This document shows, piece after piece, positions 14,640-26,405 of a stretch of 64,000 nt of DNA. The stretch is from Malacoraja senta (lineage: Eukaryota): positions 15,378,001-15,442,000 of the forward strand of contig CM075988.1 in assembly GCA_038087875.1 (NCBI GenBank). Direction: 5' to 3'. Positions within the stretch are counted from its first letter, which is position 1. Every line of letters begins with the position of its first letter. A program made the translations under genes and the position numbers. The notes beneath the pieces are model-generated. The model was not told the DNA's origin. It saw nothing but the letters and a program-made list of their open reading frames with translations, and did not search any database.

Positions 14640-15300
14640 TCCACTGGGTGGCGCCAACAGTATGTCTCTTCCATTTTGCTCATTGTTGATTTTTAGTCTG
14701 TAGTTAAATGTTGTTTTAGTGTATCTTTAGTTGGTATTATGCAGGGGGTGGAGGGGGTAACTTTTTTAAGCTCTTTTCTTGACGGAGATGCAACTTTTTC
14801 CTTACCATATCGTATCTCCGTGTGCACTGCGGCCGAACATGGTGGAGCTGGAGGCCTCTTGCTGGGGATCAACCTTGGGAGCTCCAACCGCGGGAGCCAG
14901 CGGACTTTAACATCGTGGAGCTCGCGGTCCCTGGTTAGAGACCGACTTCGGGAGCTCCAACCACGGGAGCTTCTACCGCCCCGATCACGGGAGCTTCGAC
15001 CGTTCCGATGTGGGAGCTTCAATCGTCGGCTGCGGGAGCTTCAATCGCCCTGACTGCAGATGGTTCGACTCCCCCAACCCCGGGAGAAAAAGGAGGAAGG
15101 AAGATAAGACTTTATTGCCTTCCATCCCAGCGAGGAATGTGGAGGAGCCGCTGTGGTAGATGTTTATGTAAACATTGTATGTGGTTGTGTATTTTGTTGC
15201 TTTTTTGGTATGACTGTATGGCAAATCAAATTCCTCCTATGATTTACACACTTGTTTTGTTTTCATACTTGGCTGATAAAATCAATTACAATTATATTTA
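14640..15300 (+). mobile_element. Unclassified GC-rich non-autonomous retroposon; relatives at 7112-7380(+) and 49490-50075(-)
   Basis: Internal GGGAGCTYC repeats; shared GACTTT..TGCCT plus stem-loop 3' module; AT-rich tail. Confidence 0.55.
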
Positions 15301-17757
15301 AGTTACATTTTATTTCATTTACAAGGACCATTATAAAACCCAACTGCATGGAAATAAATACAAATATCATAATTTTCAGCATAATATCCCGACTAATGAC
15401 AGGTATAGCTGCTGGTTAAATACAAAGCACAAAATTGCACGTAATACTCATCAGGTCAAGCAGCATGCTAGAGAGGGGCATGGAGTTCATGTTTCAAGTT
15501 GATGACCTTTCGTGAACATGGACTAAAATGAGAAATGCTTGTCTTTGACTGAGTTTAAGGTAGGGAGTGAGGGGGGGGGGGGAGGGGGCAGGAGAGGGAG
15601 GAATGAACAGAAGGATACGACTGTGATTGAGGGAAAAGCAGGAGAGTTTCGAGATGCAGCATTGAGACAGGCACTTCAGCCCACCGAGTCCACACCGACC
15701 ATCGATCTTCCATACACTATCCTGCCCTAGTTTCAACCTGAAACATTAACCATTTCTCCCCCCCCCCCACCCCCCCCACACTATGCTGCTCAACCTGCTG
15801 TTACTCCAGTGATTGGTTGCTGTTTTTACAGATGTCAAATTTTCCATAAATTGCAGGATACACAAAATCACCCGATATTTCAGCCATATTTCCGCAGTAT
15901 TGCAATGAGTGGCATCAATATCACACAAGACAGACAGGACCGAACAATTACTAGAGGAGGTGAAAGAGAGGAAATTTGTTCTGCTGTACATATATGTACA
16001 TATGTTGGACTTCTGAATTTAATCATATTATGGAGCTCGTTTGTTTGTGTGGCTTTGCATAAGTCAGGTGACGGGGACGACCTGTATTGTGAAGGTCAAC
16101 GTGAACTTGAGGAACAGTTCTTGACCTTTGCACTCTTCTGAAATTACCATGGAGATCAACAACTTCAGGCAATAATGTTGCAGTCGCCATTTACATCTCT
16201 TCTACTCAAAGTTTAGCTACTTCTTTTAGCGACTGCAATCCCTAATCCACTCATCATTTCTCATGTATTGCTGTTGCCTGAAGTGATACGTGTGTTTCTG
16301 TAAACGGATGCCAACTCACCCGCTAAATACTGAGCTCCTGGATCACTATGAAGATAGACACAAAATGTTGGAGTAACTCAGCGGGTTAGGCAGCATCTCT
16401 GGAGAGAAGGAATAGGTGGCGTTTCAGGTCAGAACCCTTCTCCAAACTAAAAGATAAGGCCAGAAAAAAACAGGGCCGGCAAGAGATGACCTCAGGAAGG
16501 GTGGAGTCTGAAGAAGGGTCCCCTCACGAAACATCACCTATCCATGTTCTCCAGAGATGAATTACTCTGGCACTTTGTGTCCTTTTTAAACAGATTTCTG
16601 AGAAATTCATCTCATGTCCCTCCATTAACGTTCTAGATCTTTCCACAGACAAGACCCCAATAATCCAACAGCTGAATGTTGAGAAACTCTGAGGGTTTGG
16701 CCTCGGACTCACTCATTAGTCTAGAACTGGGTCCAGGGAACAAGAATGGTGTGGGCCGGAGCCAGGGTGTGGGGTCAGGAACACAAGGGGCTGGGAATGT
16801 GGGTAGGTTTGTGTGGGGGACCAGACTGTATGTATACTTCCTGCTCCCTTTAAACTGACACGGAAACAATTGTTTCACCATTGTGTGACATGCACAAATA
16901 GTGAACTAAATGTGGGACTGCATATTAAAAGAATAACATCCAATAATCTGGGGGAAAAAAACCCTAAATCCGGAATCACCAAAGTCCCCAGGCTGCCGGA
17001 TTATCGGAGTTCTAGCGCACAGTGCAAAGCTTTGGCAAGGTCACAAATCACGTATGGCCCATCCATGGGCTTGAGTAGCAAGGGCAGGTCACCAGGGAGA
17101 AATGAGTTGATACCATAGGGCTTAGAGCAGTAGGAAGAAGGACCCTGACCTGAACCATCACCTATCCATGTTCCAGGGATGCTGCTGCCTGACCCGCTGG
17201 GTTCCTCCAGCACTTTGTGTCTCTTTGTTTCTAAATCAGCGTTTATGGAACGAGTTGCCAGAGGAGGTGGTTGATGCAGGTTAAAAAACATCTGGGCAAG
17301 TACATGGGTAGGACAGGTTTAGAGTGGTATGGGCCTAACACAGGCAGGTGGGTCTAAGTGCAGATGGGACACGTTGGTTGATGTGGGCAAGTTGGGCAAA
17401 AGGGCCTGTTTCCGTGCTGCAGGTCCCTTGTTTCTACAAAGAGGGTACAGCACAGCAACAGGCCCTTCAGCCCATCATGTCCATGCCAAACATGATGGCA
17501 GGTTAAACTAACCTCCTCCGCCTAGATGTGATCCACAACACTCTATTCTCCGCATATCCATGTGCCTATCTGAAAGTTGTAGTTGCAGAAGATCGGCCAT
17601 GTCTTACTGAATGTCAGAGTAGGCCCGTACATATAAATTTAATGGATCTGCTCCGTATTCACATATACGTTTCTGTGGCTTAAAAACTGGATATGGAGCT
17701 AACCAGTGTAAAATCTCAATGTAGATTTAGCAAGTCCTCAATTAAAAAATATACATA

Positions 17758-17763
17758 TTTATT
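17758..17763 (-). terminator. Candidate MPZL3 polyadenylation signal AATAAA
   Basis: AATAAA on the minus strand about 160 nt after the stop codon, followed by a U-rich tract. Confidence 0.55.
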
Positions 17764-17923
17764 CATCCTTTTTACCAGAGCAAGCAAGAGAGAGAAGATA
17801 GGATGTCGCACGACCCACCCCCACCCTACTCATGCATTAGCTGGAGCGGTGACAGAAAGATAATTCCCTCCCTGACACTGATCGGGGACACCCACTGAGA
17901 CAAGGAACAAGGAACACTTCAGG

Positions 17924-17986
17924 CTATGTAACCGTATCTGACATGGGGTAAAACTGATGGAAATCCTCATCTTCCTCGTCGGTATC
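17924..17986 (-). CDS. MPZL3: MPZL3 last coding exon (DTDEEDEDFHQFYPMSDTVT*)
   Basis: Acceptor TTTTTTTTTCCAG|GAT, phase 0; acidic start resembles the MPZL3 C-terminus (DSDYEE); TAG at 17926-17924. Confidence 0.85.
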   Translation of the reverse strand, partial: DTDEEDEDFHQFYPMSDTVT

Positions 17987-19246
17987 CTGGAAAAAAAAAC
18001 ACAAGAACAATAAAACTACTATCTGCCTCAGTAGAGGCCCTTGGACTACCTTTGACCGGACTTTACTGGCTTTATCCGGCACTAAGCGTTCCCTTATCAT
18101 GTAACCGTACACTGTGAATGGCTCGAATGTAACCATGTACAATCTTTCCGCTCACTGGTTAGCACGCAACAAAATCTTTTCACTGTACCTCGCTACACAT
18201 GACAATAAATTAAATTAAATTAAATTAAATCATCTGGAAAATTGCCAGTGAAAGGTGCTGGTACACCCACCACAGGTATGAAACAGGGTGATACAAGGCT
18301 TGCTCCATGCTGCTCCAGCAAACAATCCCCGAGCAGTGTAGGGCACAGGTTGGCCACAGGGTGGCAGGGTGGTTCAGCAGATGGTAGTACCACCCGTCAA
18401 TGTGGAGTTTGCACGTTCTCCCCGTCACCGCGAGTGTCTTCCCTCCCGGGGCCCTGTCTCCACATCCCAATGGTAAACTGGCCACTATAAATTACCACTG
18501 GTTTAGGTAGGTGGTAGGAAAATCAGAGTGTGGTGAATAGGATGCTAGGAAATCAATGGAGACATGGGATTGCTCTCAACACGACAGTGATGCAATGGGC
18601 TGAATGGCCTTCTTCTATGAGGAATGCCAACAAAGGACTATATATCTGATCCAGTCAACTCTCTCTTTACCGACACTCTTGAAACTATGCTTTGAATACT
18701 AATAATGCACAGGGCTCCTCACAGTTCATACACTAACCTACCAATACAGGCCCAGACTCACTACAGCTAAAGAAATGTGGGATCGCAGCCTTGCCCTAGA
18801 CTGTGTTGGTGTGGGTGACAATTCAGCCAAGCTTGCCTCTACACCACATGGCTTCCATCTCCTTCCCTGCACATCCTCGTGATGTTGGTGTGATGGGTTA
18901 CGAGTTGCCATTGGATTGTGTTTGGATGCAGCGTTCCTTCATCTCTGCTCGTTGCCGTTGTCACCACAAACTAGCATCGAATTCAGCTACTGAGCAATGT
19001 TGGGCACAGGTTGACCACAGAGCAGTCCGAGGAACATCCGATGCACCAACCATGCCCTCTCTCCCATCTCCCCCGCACTTCCCCAGCCAGTTACCTTCCT
19101 GCTTCCTTTTACCTCCCCTCGCCCTCCTCTCTTTCATCTCACCCTCGACCCCTGCCCCCTCTCAGGGGCAATCCCGAATGGGAGGTGGGGGTGGGAGGGG
19201 GGGTGGGGGTGGGGTTGGTTTCTGGACGGTTCGTGCTGGCACCCAC

Positions 19247-19313
19247 CTGCAAACAAGCAACGCATCGTCTGCAACAACCGCTCCTCAAACCATCATCAGA
19301 GGCATCACTGTCT
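19247..19313 (-). CDS. MPZL3: MPZL3 exon 5, cytoplasmic (DSDASDDGLRSGCCRRCVACLQ)
   Basis: Branch-point-like ACTAAC, acceptor TCTACAG and donor CAG|GTGGGT; phases 2->0 fit the neighbouring exons; Cys pattern matches the MPZL3 tail (LCVRCAECL). Confidence 0.9.
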
Positions 19314-20463
19314 CTGTAGAGGAAGATAGTTTCAGTTAGTGTTAGTAATTGGTAGCAAGAGCAAAATTAATTTCCTCAAAGTAATAAACTTAATATTTAA
19401 GGAAGAAAAGTAGCATTGGCATTGACCAAAGAGTAAATGAATCCCCTGTACATCTACACAGCACCAAGGGCAGGAGGGGTTTGGGTGGGAAGTTGCACTT
19501 TGGCAAGGAGTGTTGGGCATGTTCATGTGGAGGTCTCTGGAAAGGGAATGGTGTTTGGGAAGGGGAAGGGGTGTCAGGACAGTGGGATTTGCTGCTGTCT
19601 CCATGCCCAAATGGGCTTGAGATCATCTTAGATTTAGTGCCAACATCCTTGCACACTGGGGTCACTACAACATGGATGTGGAAAGGATGCTTCCATTAAT
19701 GGGAGAGTCTAGAATCAGAGGCCATGCCCTCAGAATAAATGGACATAACTTTAGAAAGGAGATAAGAAGGAATTTATTTCATCAGAGGGCAGTGAATCTG
19801 TGGAATTCATTGCAACAGACGGCTGTGGAGGCCAAGTCAATGGATTTTTTTAAGGGGAAGATTGAGATATTCTTGATTAGTATGGGTGTCAGGGGTTATG
19901 TGGAGAAGGCAGGAGAATGGGGTTGAGAGGGAAAGATAGCTCAGGCATGATTGAATGGCAGATTGGATGGGCCAAATGGCCTAATCCTGCTCCTAAAACG
20001 CAAGAACAACACACAACCTAACAAAAGTGCCAGGGGTGACGAGAGAAGCCAGTTTGATTTTAAGGAGAAATGTTAGGATCTGATGTTGCTCGATGCGACA
20101 CTGGCAACAGATTCAGAAGAGAATTGGATGAACGTGATGAACAGACACAGGTCAAATAGTGAGGAAACGACCAGGAGGCGATTAATTCATCACATCGATA
20201 AGAGAGCTGGAATGGCCTTAGTGGACCAAATGTCCTCTTTTGTTATTCGAAATATTATTCCCTTATCCTGTATCTGTACACTGTAAATGGCTCGATTGTA
20301 ATCGTGCATTGTATTTCCGCCGGCTGGTTAGCACGCACCAAAAGCGTTTCACTGTACCTCGGTACACGTGACCATAAACTAACTGAACTGTCACCTGCGA
20401 TTCTACGAACAACTGCTCTATTGTCTCCAAACCTTCCACTGAAACAGCCAGCTGGAAAATCAG

Positions 20464-21080
20464 CTACCGTTCTTATTTTTTAAACCAAAAATAGATTTAT
20501 TCAATTATTCACGATACAATTTACAACACTAAACAATGCAAACAAACCCATCACCATAATACAACTAAAGCAAATATTGCTAAATGACTATTTCCCCATC
20601 CTTATTAAGGATGCAATCCACCCCCTGCGGTGCCCAGTGGTCCCGGAAATCCACCAGGGCTCCCGTGGACAGCGCGCAGTCCCTCTCTAGTACCACCCGG
20701 GCGTGGACTTAACCCCGGAAAAGGTGCAGGCAGCTGGCTCGAGTTGAGCCCTCTTCCGCCTGGAGCCTTGACTCGCAGATGGCCAGCTTGGCCAGGCCCA
20801 GGAGCAACCCAACCAGGACATCTTCAGCCCTACCCTCTCCCCTACCCACAGGGTGTCCAAAGATGAGGATAGTGGATGTGAAGTGCAGCCAGAAGGCACG
20901 GAGCAGCCCCTTCATGTATTGGAACAGGAGCTGCAACGTCACACACTCCATGTATACATGGAACACAGACTCATTGAGCCAGCAAAAGAGGCAGGCGGCT
21001 GGCGAGTTTGTGAACCGGGATAGATAGTTTGCATGGGACTCCTTGGTGTAGTACCCTCCACCCCAGATCCCCGAGACAGT
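20464..21080 (-). mobile_element. Tx1-like non-LTR retrotransposon 3' fragment
   Basis: DLGWRVLH, a degenerate zinc knuckle (ESVFHVYMEC) and LLLGLAKLAI, typical of the Tx1 ORF2 C-terminus; AATAAA and A-tail near 20480-20500. Confidence 0.8.
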
Positions 21081-21095
21081 GCAGTGTAGGACCTG

Positions 21096-22716
21096 TAGTG
21101 TAGTGTAGTGTAGTGTAGAGTAGTGTAGTGTAGTGTAGAGTAGTGTAGTGTAGAGTAGTGTAGAGTAGTGTAGTGTAGAGTAGTGTAGTGTAGTGTAGTG
21201 TAGTGTAGAGTAGTGTAGTGTAGAGTAGTGTAGTGTAGTGTAGAGTAGTGTAGTGTAGAGTAGTGTAGTGTAGTGTAGAGTAGTGTAGAGTAGTGTAGTG
21301 TAGAGTAGTGTAGTGTAGTGTAGAGTAGTGTAGTGTAGAGTAGTGTAGTGTAGAGTAGTGTAGTGTAGAGTAGTGTAGTGTAGCGTAGTGTAGTGTAGAG
21401 TAGTGTAGTGTAGAGTAGTGTAGTGTAGAGTAGTGTAGTGTAGTGTAGAGTAGTGTAGTGTAGTGTAGTGTAGAGTAGTGTAGTGTATAGTGTAGTGTAG
21501 TGTAGAGTAGTGTAGTGTAGAGTAGTGTAGTGTAGTGTAGAGTAGTGTAGTGTAGAGTAGTGTAGTGTAGAGTAGAGTAGTGTAGTGTAGTGTAGTGTAG
21601 AGTAGTGTAGTGTAGAGTAGTGTAGTGTAGAGTAGTGTAGAGTAGTGTAGTGTAGAGTAGTGTAGAGTAGTGTAGAGTAGTGTAGTGTAGAGTAGTGTAG
21701 TGTAGAGTAGAGTAGTGTAGTGTAGAGTAGTATAGTGTAGTGTAGAGTAGGGTAGAGTAGTGTAGTGTAGAGTGGTGTAGTGTAGAGTAGTGTAGAGTAG
21801 TGTAGTGTAGAGTAGTGTAGTGTAGTGTAATGTAGAGTAGTGTAGAGTAGTGTAGTGTAGTGTAGTGTAGTGTAGAGTAGTGTAGTGTAGTGTAGAGTAG
21901 TGTAGTGTAGAGTAGTGTAGAGTAGTGTAGTGTAGTGTAGAGTAGTGTAGAGTAGTGTAGAGTAGTGTAGTGTAGAGTAGTGTAGTGTAGAGTAGAGTAG
22001 TGTAGTGTAGAGTAGTATAGTGTAGTGTAGTGTAGAGTAGGGTAGAGTAGTGTAGTGTAGAGTAGTGTAGTGTAGTGTAGTGTAGAGTAGTGTAGTGTAG
22101 TGTAGTGTAGTGTAGAGTAGTGTAGTGTAGAGTAGTGTAGAGTAGTGTAGTGTAGTGTAGAGTAGTGTAGTGTAGAGTAGTGTAGTGTAGTGTAGTGTAG
22201 TGTAGTGTAGAGTAGTGTAGAGTAGTGTAGAGTAGAGTAGTGTAGTGTAGTGTAGTGTAGAGTAGTGTAGTGTAGTGTAGTGTAGTGTAGTGTAGGTTGT
22301 GTAGTGTAGAGTAGTGTAGTGTAGTGTAGTGTAGTGTAGAGTAGTGTAGTGTAGAGTAGTGTAGTGTAGTGTAGTGTAGAGTAGTGTAGTGTAGTGTAGT
22401 GTAGTGTAGTGTAGAGTAGTGTAGTGTAGTGTAGTGTAGAGTAGTGTAGTGTAGTGTAGTGTAGAGTAGTGTAGTGTAGAGTAGTGTAGTGTAGAGTAGA
22501 GTAGTGTAGTGTAGTGTAGTGTAGTGTAGTGTAGTGTAGTGTAGAGTAGAGTAGTGTAGTGTAGTGTAGTGTAGTGTAGTGTAGTGTAGAGTTGTGTAGT
22601 GTAGAGTAGTGTAGTGTAGTGTAGTGTAGTGTAGAGTAGTGTAGTGTAGAGTAGTGTAGTGTAGTGTAGTGTAGAGTAGTGTAGTGTAGTGTAGTGTAGT
22701 GTAGTGTAGTGTAGTA
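21096..22716. repeat. 1.6-kb pentanucleotide satellite (GTAGT/GTAGA)n in MPZL3 intron 4
   Basis: Read directly from the sequence. Confidence 0.98.
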
Positions 22717-22849
22717 TAGGACCTGATTTGTTACAGCAACTCGCTGATCAGAAAGTGCTCTGGGCTTTGGAAGGGAAGGTGCTGGTTTGCTCAATAACCG
22801 CAAACAGCTGGTTCTCGACACTAAGCCCTGGTGCCGGTTCTGCACCTAC

Positions 22850-23003
22850 CCTTCCACCACCTCAATCGGTGACTTGCTGGCGTTAGATCCGCAGCAATCA
22901 AATCTCTTGGCGGTCCGCACCAGGAGCAGGGTGACCACCAGCAGAGTGGGGGACGACCACCAACAGCATCAGCACCCCACCACACTCAGGCGGAACGGGA
23001 CCT
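22850..23003 (-). CDS. MPZL3: MPZL3 exon 4 (transmembrane); as assembled it has an in-frame TGA caused by two compensating 1-nt indels
   Basis: Acceptor TGCACAG, donor GG|GTAGGT, 154 nt, phases 1->2. The corrected reading EVPFRLSVVGVLMLLVVVPTLLVVTLLLVRTAKRFDCCGSNASKSPIEVVE aligns to MPZL3 LSSVALLSILVFVPSAVVVALLLVR...KSSIEV. Confidence 0.88.
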
Positions 23004-23954
23004 CTGTGCAGAGAGAAGCAAAGCCAGTTACACTGAACACACGGCGCACAAACAGGCCATTCAGCCCAAACGGAAAGAGTACCCCTCCTATCATTCCTTC
23101 TAAGGTGCGCAGCGGTACAGTTGCTGCCATACAGCGCCAGATACCTGGGTTCCATCCTAACTACAGGTGCCGTTTGGAATAAGTTTGTACGTCCTCCCCA
23201 TAACCTGTGTGGGTTTTCTCCAGGTGCTCTGGTTTCCTCCTACACTCCAAAGACCTACAGGTTGACAGGTTAATTGGCTTCGGCACAATAGTCCCCAATG
23301 TGTGTAGGATAGTGTCAATGCGCGGGGATTGCTGGTCAGCACGGACCCGGTGGGCTGAAGGGCCAGTTTCTATGCTATATCTCTAAAGTAAATAAACTAA
23401 AGTCACAATGTTTTCAGTTTTTTATTCTTTTTCCCCTCATGTACTTTTTGATTTCATTTTGAAACTATTTTCCTTAACATGCATCCTCTGTTGGTGAAGG
23501 TAGACACAAATTGCTGGAGTAACTCAGCGGGACAGGCAGCATCGCTGGAGAGAAGGAATGGGTGACGTTTTGGGTCGAGACACTTCTGCAGACTGATGTT
23601 AGTGAGCTCCAATCCCCGTCTGAAGAAGGGTCCTGACCTGATACATCACCTATCCATGTTCTCCAGGGATGCTGCCTGATCTGCTGAGTTACCCCAGTAC
23701 ATTGTGTCTCTTTTATCAAGTTTTTTTTCCACTTCCCAGCTCAATTTATTAATAAGTTAATTTACGGCAGGTTAATTTCTGGATTAATCGAACAATTTAG
23801 GCGGCACAGTGATTCAACGGTAGAGTTGCTGCCTTACAGCGCTAAAGACCCGTGTTCGATCCTGACTATGGGTGCTGCCCGTACGGATCACACCCTCAAC
23901 ATTTAACAAGCAGATACAAAATGTTTCCCTTCACATTCCCTGCGAGTTGCTCAC

Positions 23955-24165
23955 CTCTCTTGATGACGGTGAGTTCAGTAGTCGGCACAAAACTGCTGAG
24001 ATCCGGCGGGTTCTGCACCACACAACTGAACGTCCCATTGTCGATCTGTGTCAGATTCTTCACGACGATGGAAGCATTGCCATTCATAACATTCCCGTTC
24101 CACAAGACTCGATCCTTCAACGGGCCTTGTGCGGCAGGGAACACCGCGGAGTGGTAGTACAGTAT
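23955..24165 (-). CDS. MPZL3: MPZL3 exon 3, second half of the IgV domain
   Basis: 211 nt, CAG|ATA...AGAG|GTGAGC; encodes ILYYHSAVFPAAQGPLKDRVLWNGNVMNGNASIVVKNLTQIDNGTFSCVVQNPPDLSSFVPTTELTVIKR (P0-family DNGTFSCxVxNPPD; MPZL3-type PxTELTV). Confidence 0.93.
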
Positions 24166-24668
24166 CTGTGGAGGGAGAGAGTGGCAACGTGACCAAGGTT
24201 CGGGCCACAGAGCAATCGTCTCCCATGATGGCGATGCCACCGCTGGTTGCCTACCGCATTCCAGCGCTGACCTTGGGCAACCAAGTGTGGCACAATGGCA
24301 CAGCTGGTAAAGCTGCAGCCTCACAGCGCCAGAGGTGTGGGTTCATTAGTGACCTCCCATCACAAACGTAGTGGAGAAGGGTCATGGCCGAAAATGTCAC
24401 CTATCCATGTGTATTGAGTTACTCCAACACTTAGAAGTCAATCGAAGATAGACATAAAAGGCTTGAGTAACTCTGCGGGTCAGACAGCATCTCTGAGAAA
24501 CATCACCTATTCCTTTTCTCCAGAGATGCTGTCTGACTCGCTGCGTTACTCCAGTCTTTTATGTCTATCTTTGGTTTAAACCAGCACCTGCAGTTCCTTC
24601 CTACACACCTAGAGGTCAACGTTGTGAACTCAGAACCTTGCACTCCGAACTGCAATAGAAAATACCAC

Positions 24669-24763
24669 AAGGTACACAAAAATGCTGGAGAAACTCAGCG
24701 GGTGCAGCAGCATCTATGGAGCGAAGGAAATAGGCAACGTTTCGGGCCAAAACCCTTCTTCAG
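24669..24763 (-). mobile_element. 95-bp PLE mini-insertion with 20-bp TSD and intact hammerhead core
   Basis: TSD ACTGCAATAGAAA(A/T)TACCAC at 24649-24668 and 24764-24783. Confidence 0.82.
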
Positions 24764-25694
24764 ACTGCAATAGAAATTACCACCACTGGGTGGCGCATCT
24801 GCCACACGGGGTGAAATGCACTGCCACTGTCTCCAGTTCATGGAACATTAACCCAATGCTCCACGCAAAGAGGAGGGAGACATCTCTCTGGAGATGTGGC
24901 AATGTATGGCAGGGCAGTGCACTAAAGGACAGGACAGAGCAGGGCAGTCATTGATGGACAAGAATGCTCGACTGAAAAACAGTGCACCTGGACAAATAGG
25001 GCCCCTATTCAGTTTTTAAAAAAATCTACAAAATTGCATGGTATCAACAAATATTAAAAATAAATAAGAAGGGGCACAAATCAGGAATATTGATCGGGAT
25101 GAACCCGTTTAAGAACGTGATTTTGATGATTACAGCAAACTTGAAACACTGTAACAGATGGGGTCCTCAGTTGATTTAAATTGCCAATTGCAATTTATTT
25201 TGAGATTAAGTCACAATTAATTGCAACCTTAAACTAACTGTCAAATAATAATGGATTGCTGATATGTTGATGGTTTCACAATGGGACAGGGGTTGCAGGG
25301 TTCAACTATTTGACAGAAAACTCTAGTCTCAGCACATACTCATCCATGTTGGCATATGATACCTTCTCAATCAGCATTATGTAGGAGAGGTCCATGAATG
25401 GTGTGGGTGGGCTTCATGTCCTTTCCCCATTCCCATCGGATGGGTTTTGTTCTGTCATTGAGAGCAAGTTTCATTTGACTGGCGCCAAGCAGGCGAGGTG
25501 AATGGCTGAACCTCATAGGAAGCCACTCATGAATGGATGTGGGAGCTGGGTGCTGCTGGAGGGACGAGGAGGTGAGGATTGTCCCAGGACAATGTTATCT
25601 TGGATTGGACCCTTAAAAAAGGTGCACCTTTAAAAATTATTCTTTAAAAAATGCATTAACTATCCACACTAATCATGATTAAGCACTTAAGTAA

Positions 25695-26002
25695 GGGCGG
25701 CACAGTAGCGCAGCGGTAGAGTTGCTGCCTTACAGTGCCAGAGACCCAGTTTCTATCCTGACTACGGGTGCTGTCTGTACAGAGTTTGTACATTCTCCCC
25801 GTGCGTGACTTGCGTGGTTTTCTCCGGGTGCTTCAGTTTCCTCTCACACTCCAAAGATGTACAGGTTTGTAGGCCAATTGGCTTGGTAAAATTGTAAATT
25901 GTCCCTAGTGTGTGTAGGATAGTGCTAGTGTGTGAAGATTACTGGTATGTGCGGACTCGTTGGGCTGAAGGGCCTGTTTCCGTGCTGTATCTCTAAACTA
26001 AA
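25695..26002 (+). mobile_element. tRNA-derived V-SINE (HE1-like); other copies near 6309-6599(-), 10030-10345(-), 10530-10835(-), 23105-23402(+), 31926-32182(-), 43782-44099(-) and 54782-55097(-)
   Basis: tRNA-like head with A box (TGGCGCAGCGG-like) and B box (GGTTCGATCC-like), central GGTTTCCTCCCACACTCCAAAGAC domain, CR1-like 3' end and (TAAAC)n tail. Confidence 0.88.
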
Positions 26003-26405
26003 CAAGTGGAATAAAAGCCACTCATAGAACAGTACAGCACAGGGCAGGCCCTTCGGCCCACAATGTCCGCCCAGCATGATGCTGAGACTAAATGTTATCT
26101 GCCTGCAAACAATCCACATCTCTCCAGTCCTTGCATATCCATGCTCTATCCAAAAGTCTTTTAATGCCACTATAATGTATGCCACCACTACCAGCCCTGC
26201 CAGCACATTCCAGGCACTCACCAGCTTCTGTGTAAAGAAACTGGCCTTGCACATCTCCTTTCCAATTTTCCCCTTTCACTTTAAAGCTATACCCTCTGGC
26301 ACAGTATTTTTTATTTCCATCCCGGGAAAAGGTTCTATTTATAAAATTATTTTATAAAATGTATTTATTTATAAAATTATGAGAGGCTTTAATAGGGTAA
26401 ACAAA

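Noticed and set aside
20971..22845. 624-aa HYTTL-repeat ORF
   Set aside because: Stop-free translation of the pentamer satellite, running into a Tx1 fragment inside an intron.
22960..22975. Selenocysteine reading (C-U-C-C) of the in-frame TGA in MPZL3
   Set aside because: The shifted frame restores a gap-free MPZL3 transmembrane alignment, and no SECIS-like hairpin is evident in the short 3'UTR (17760-17923).
25695..25775. tRNA gene
   Set aside because: tRNA-derived SINE head continuing into the SINE body; no complete cloverleaf.
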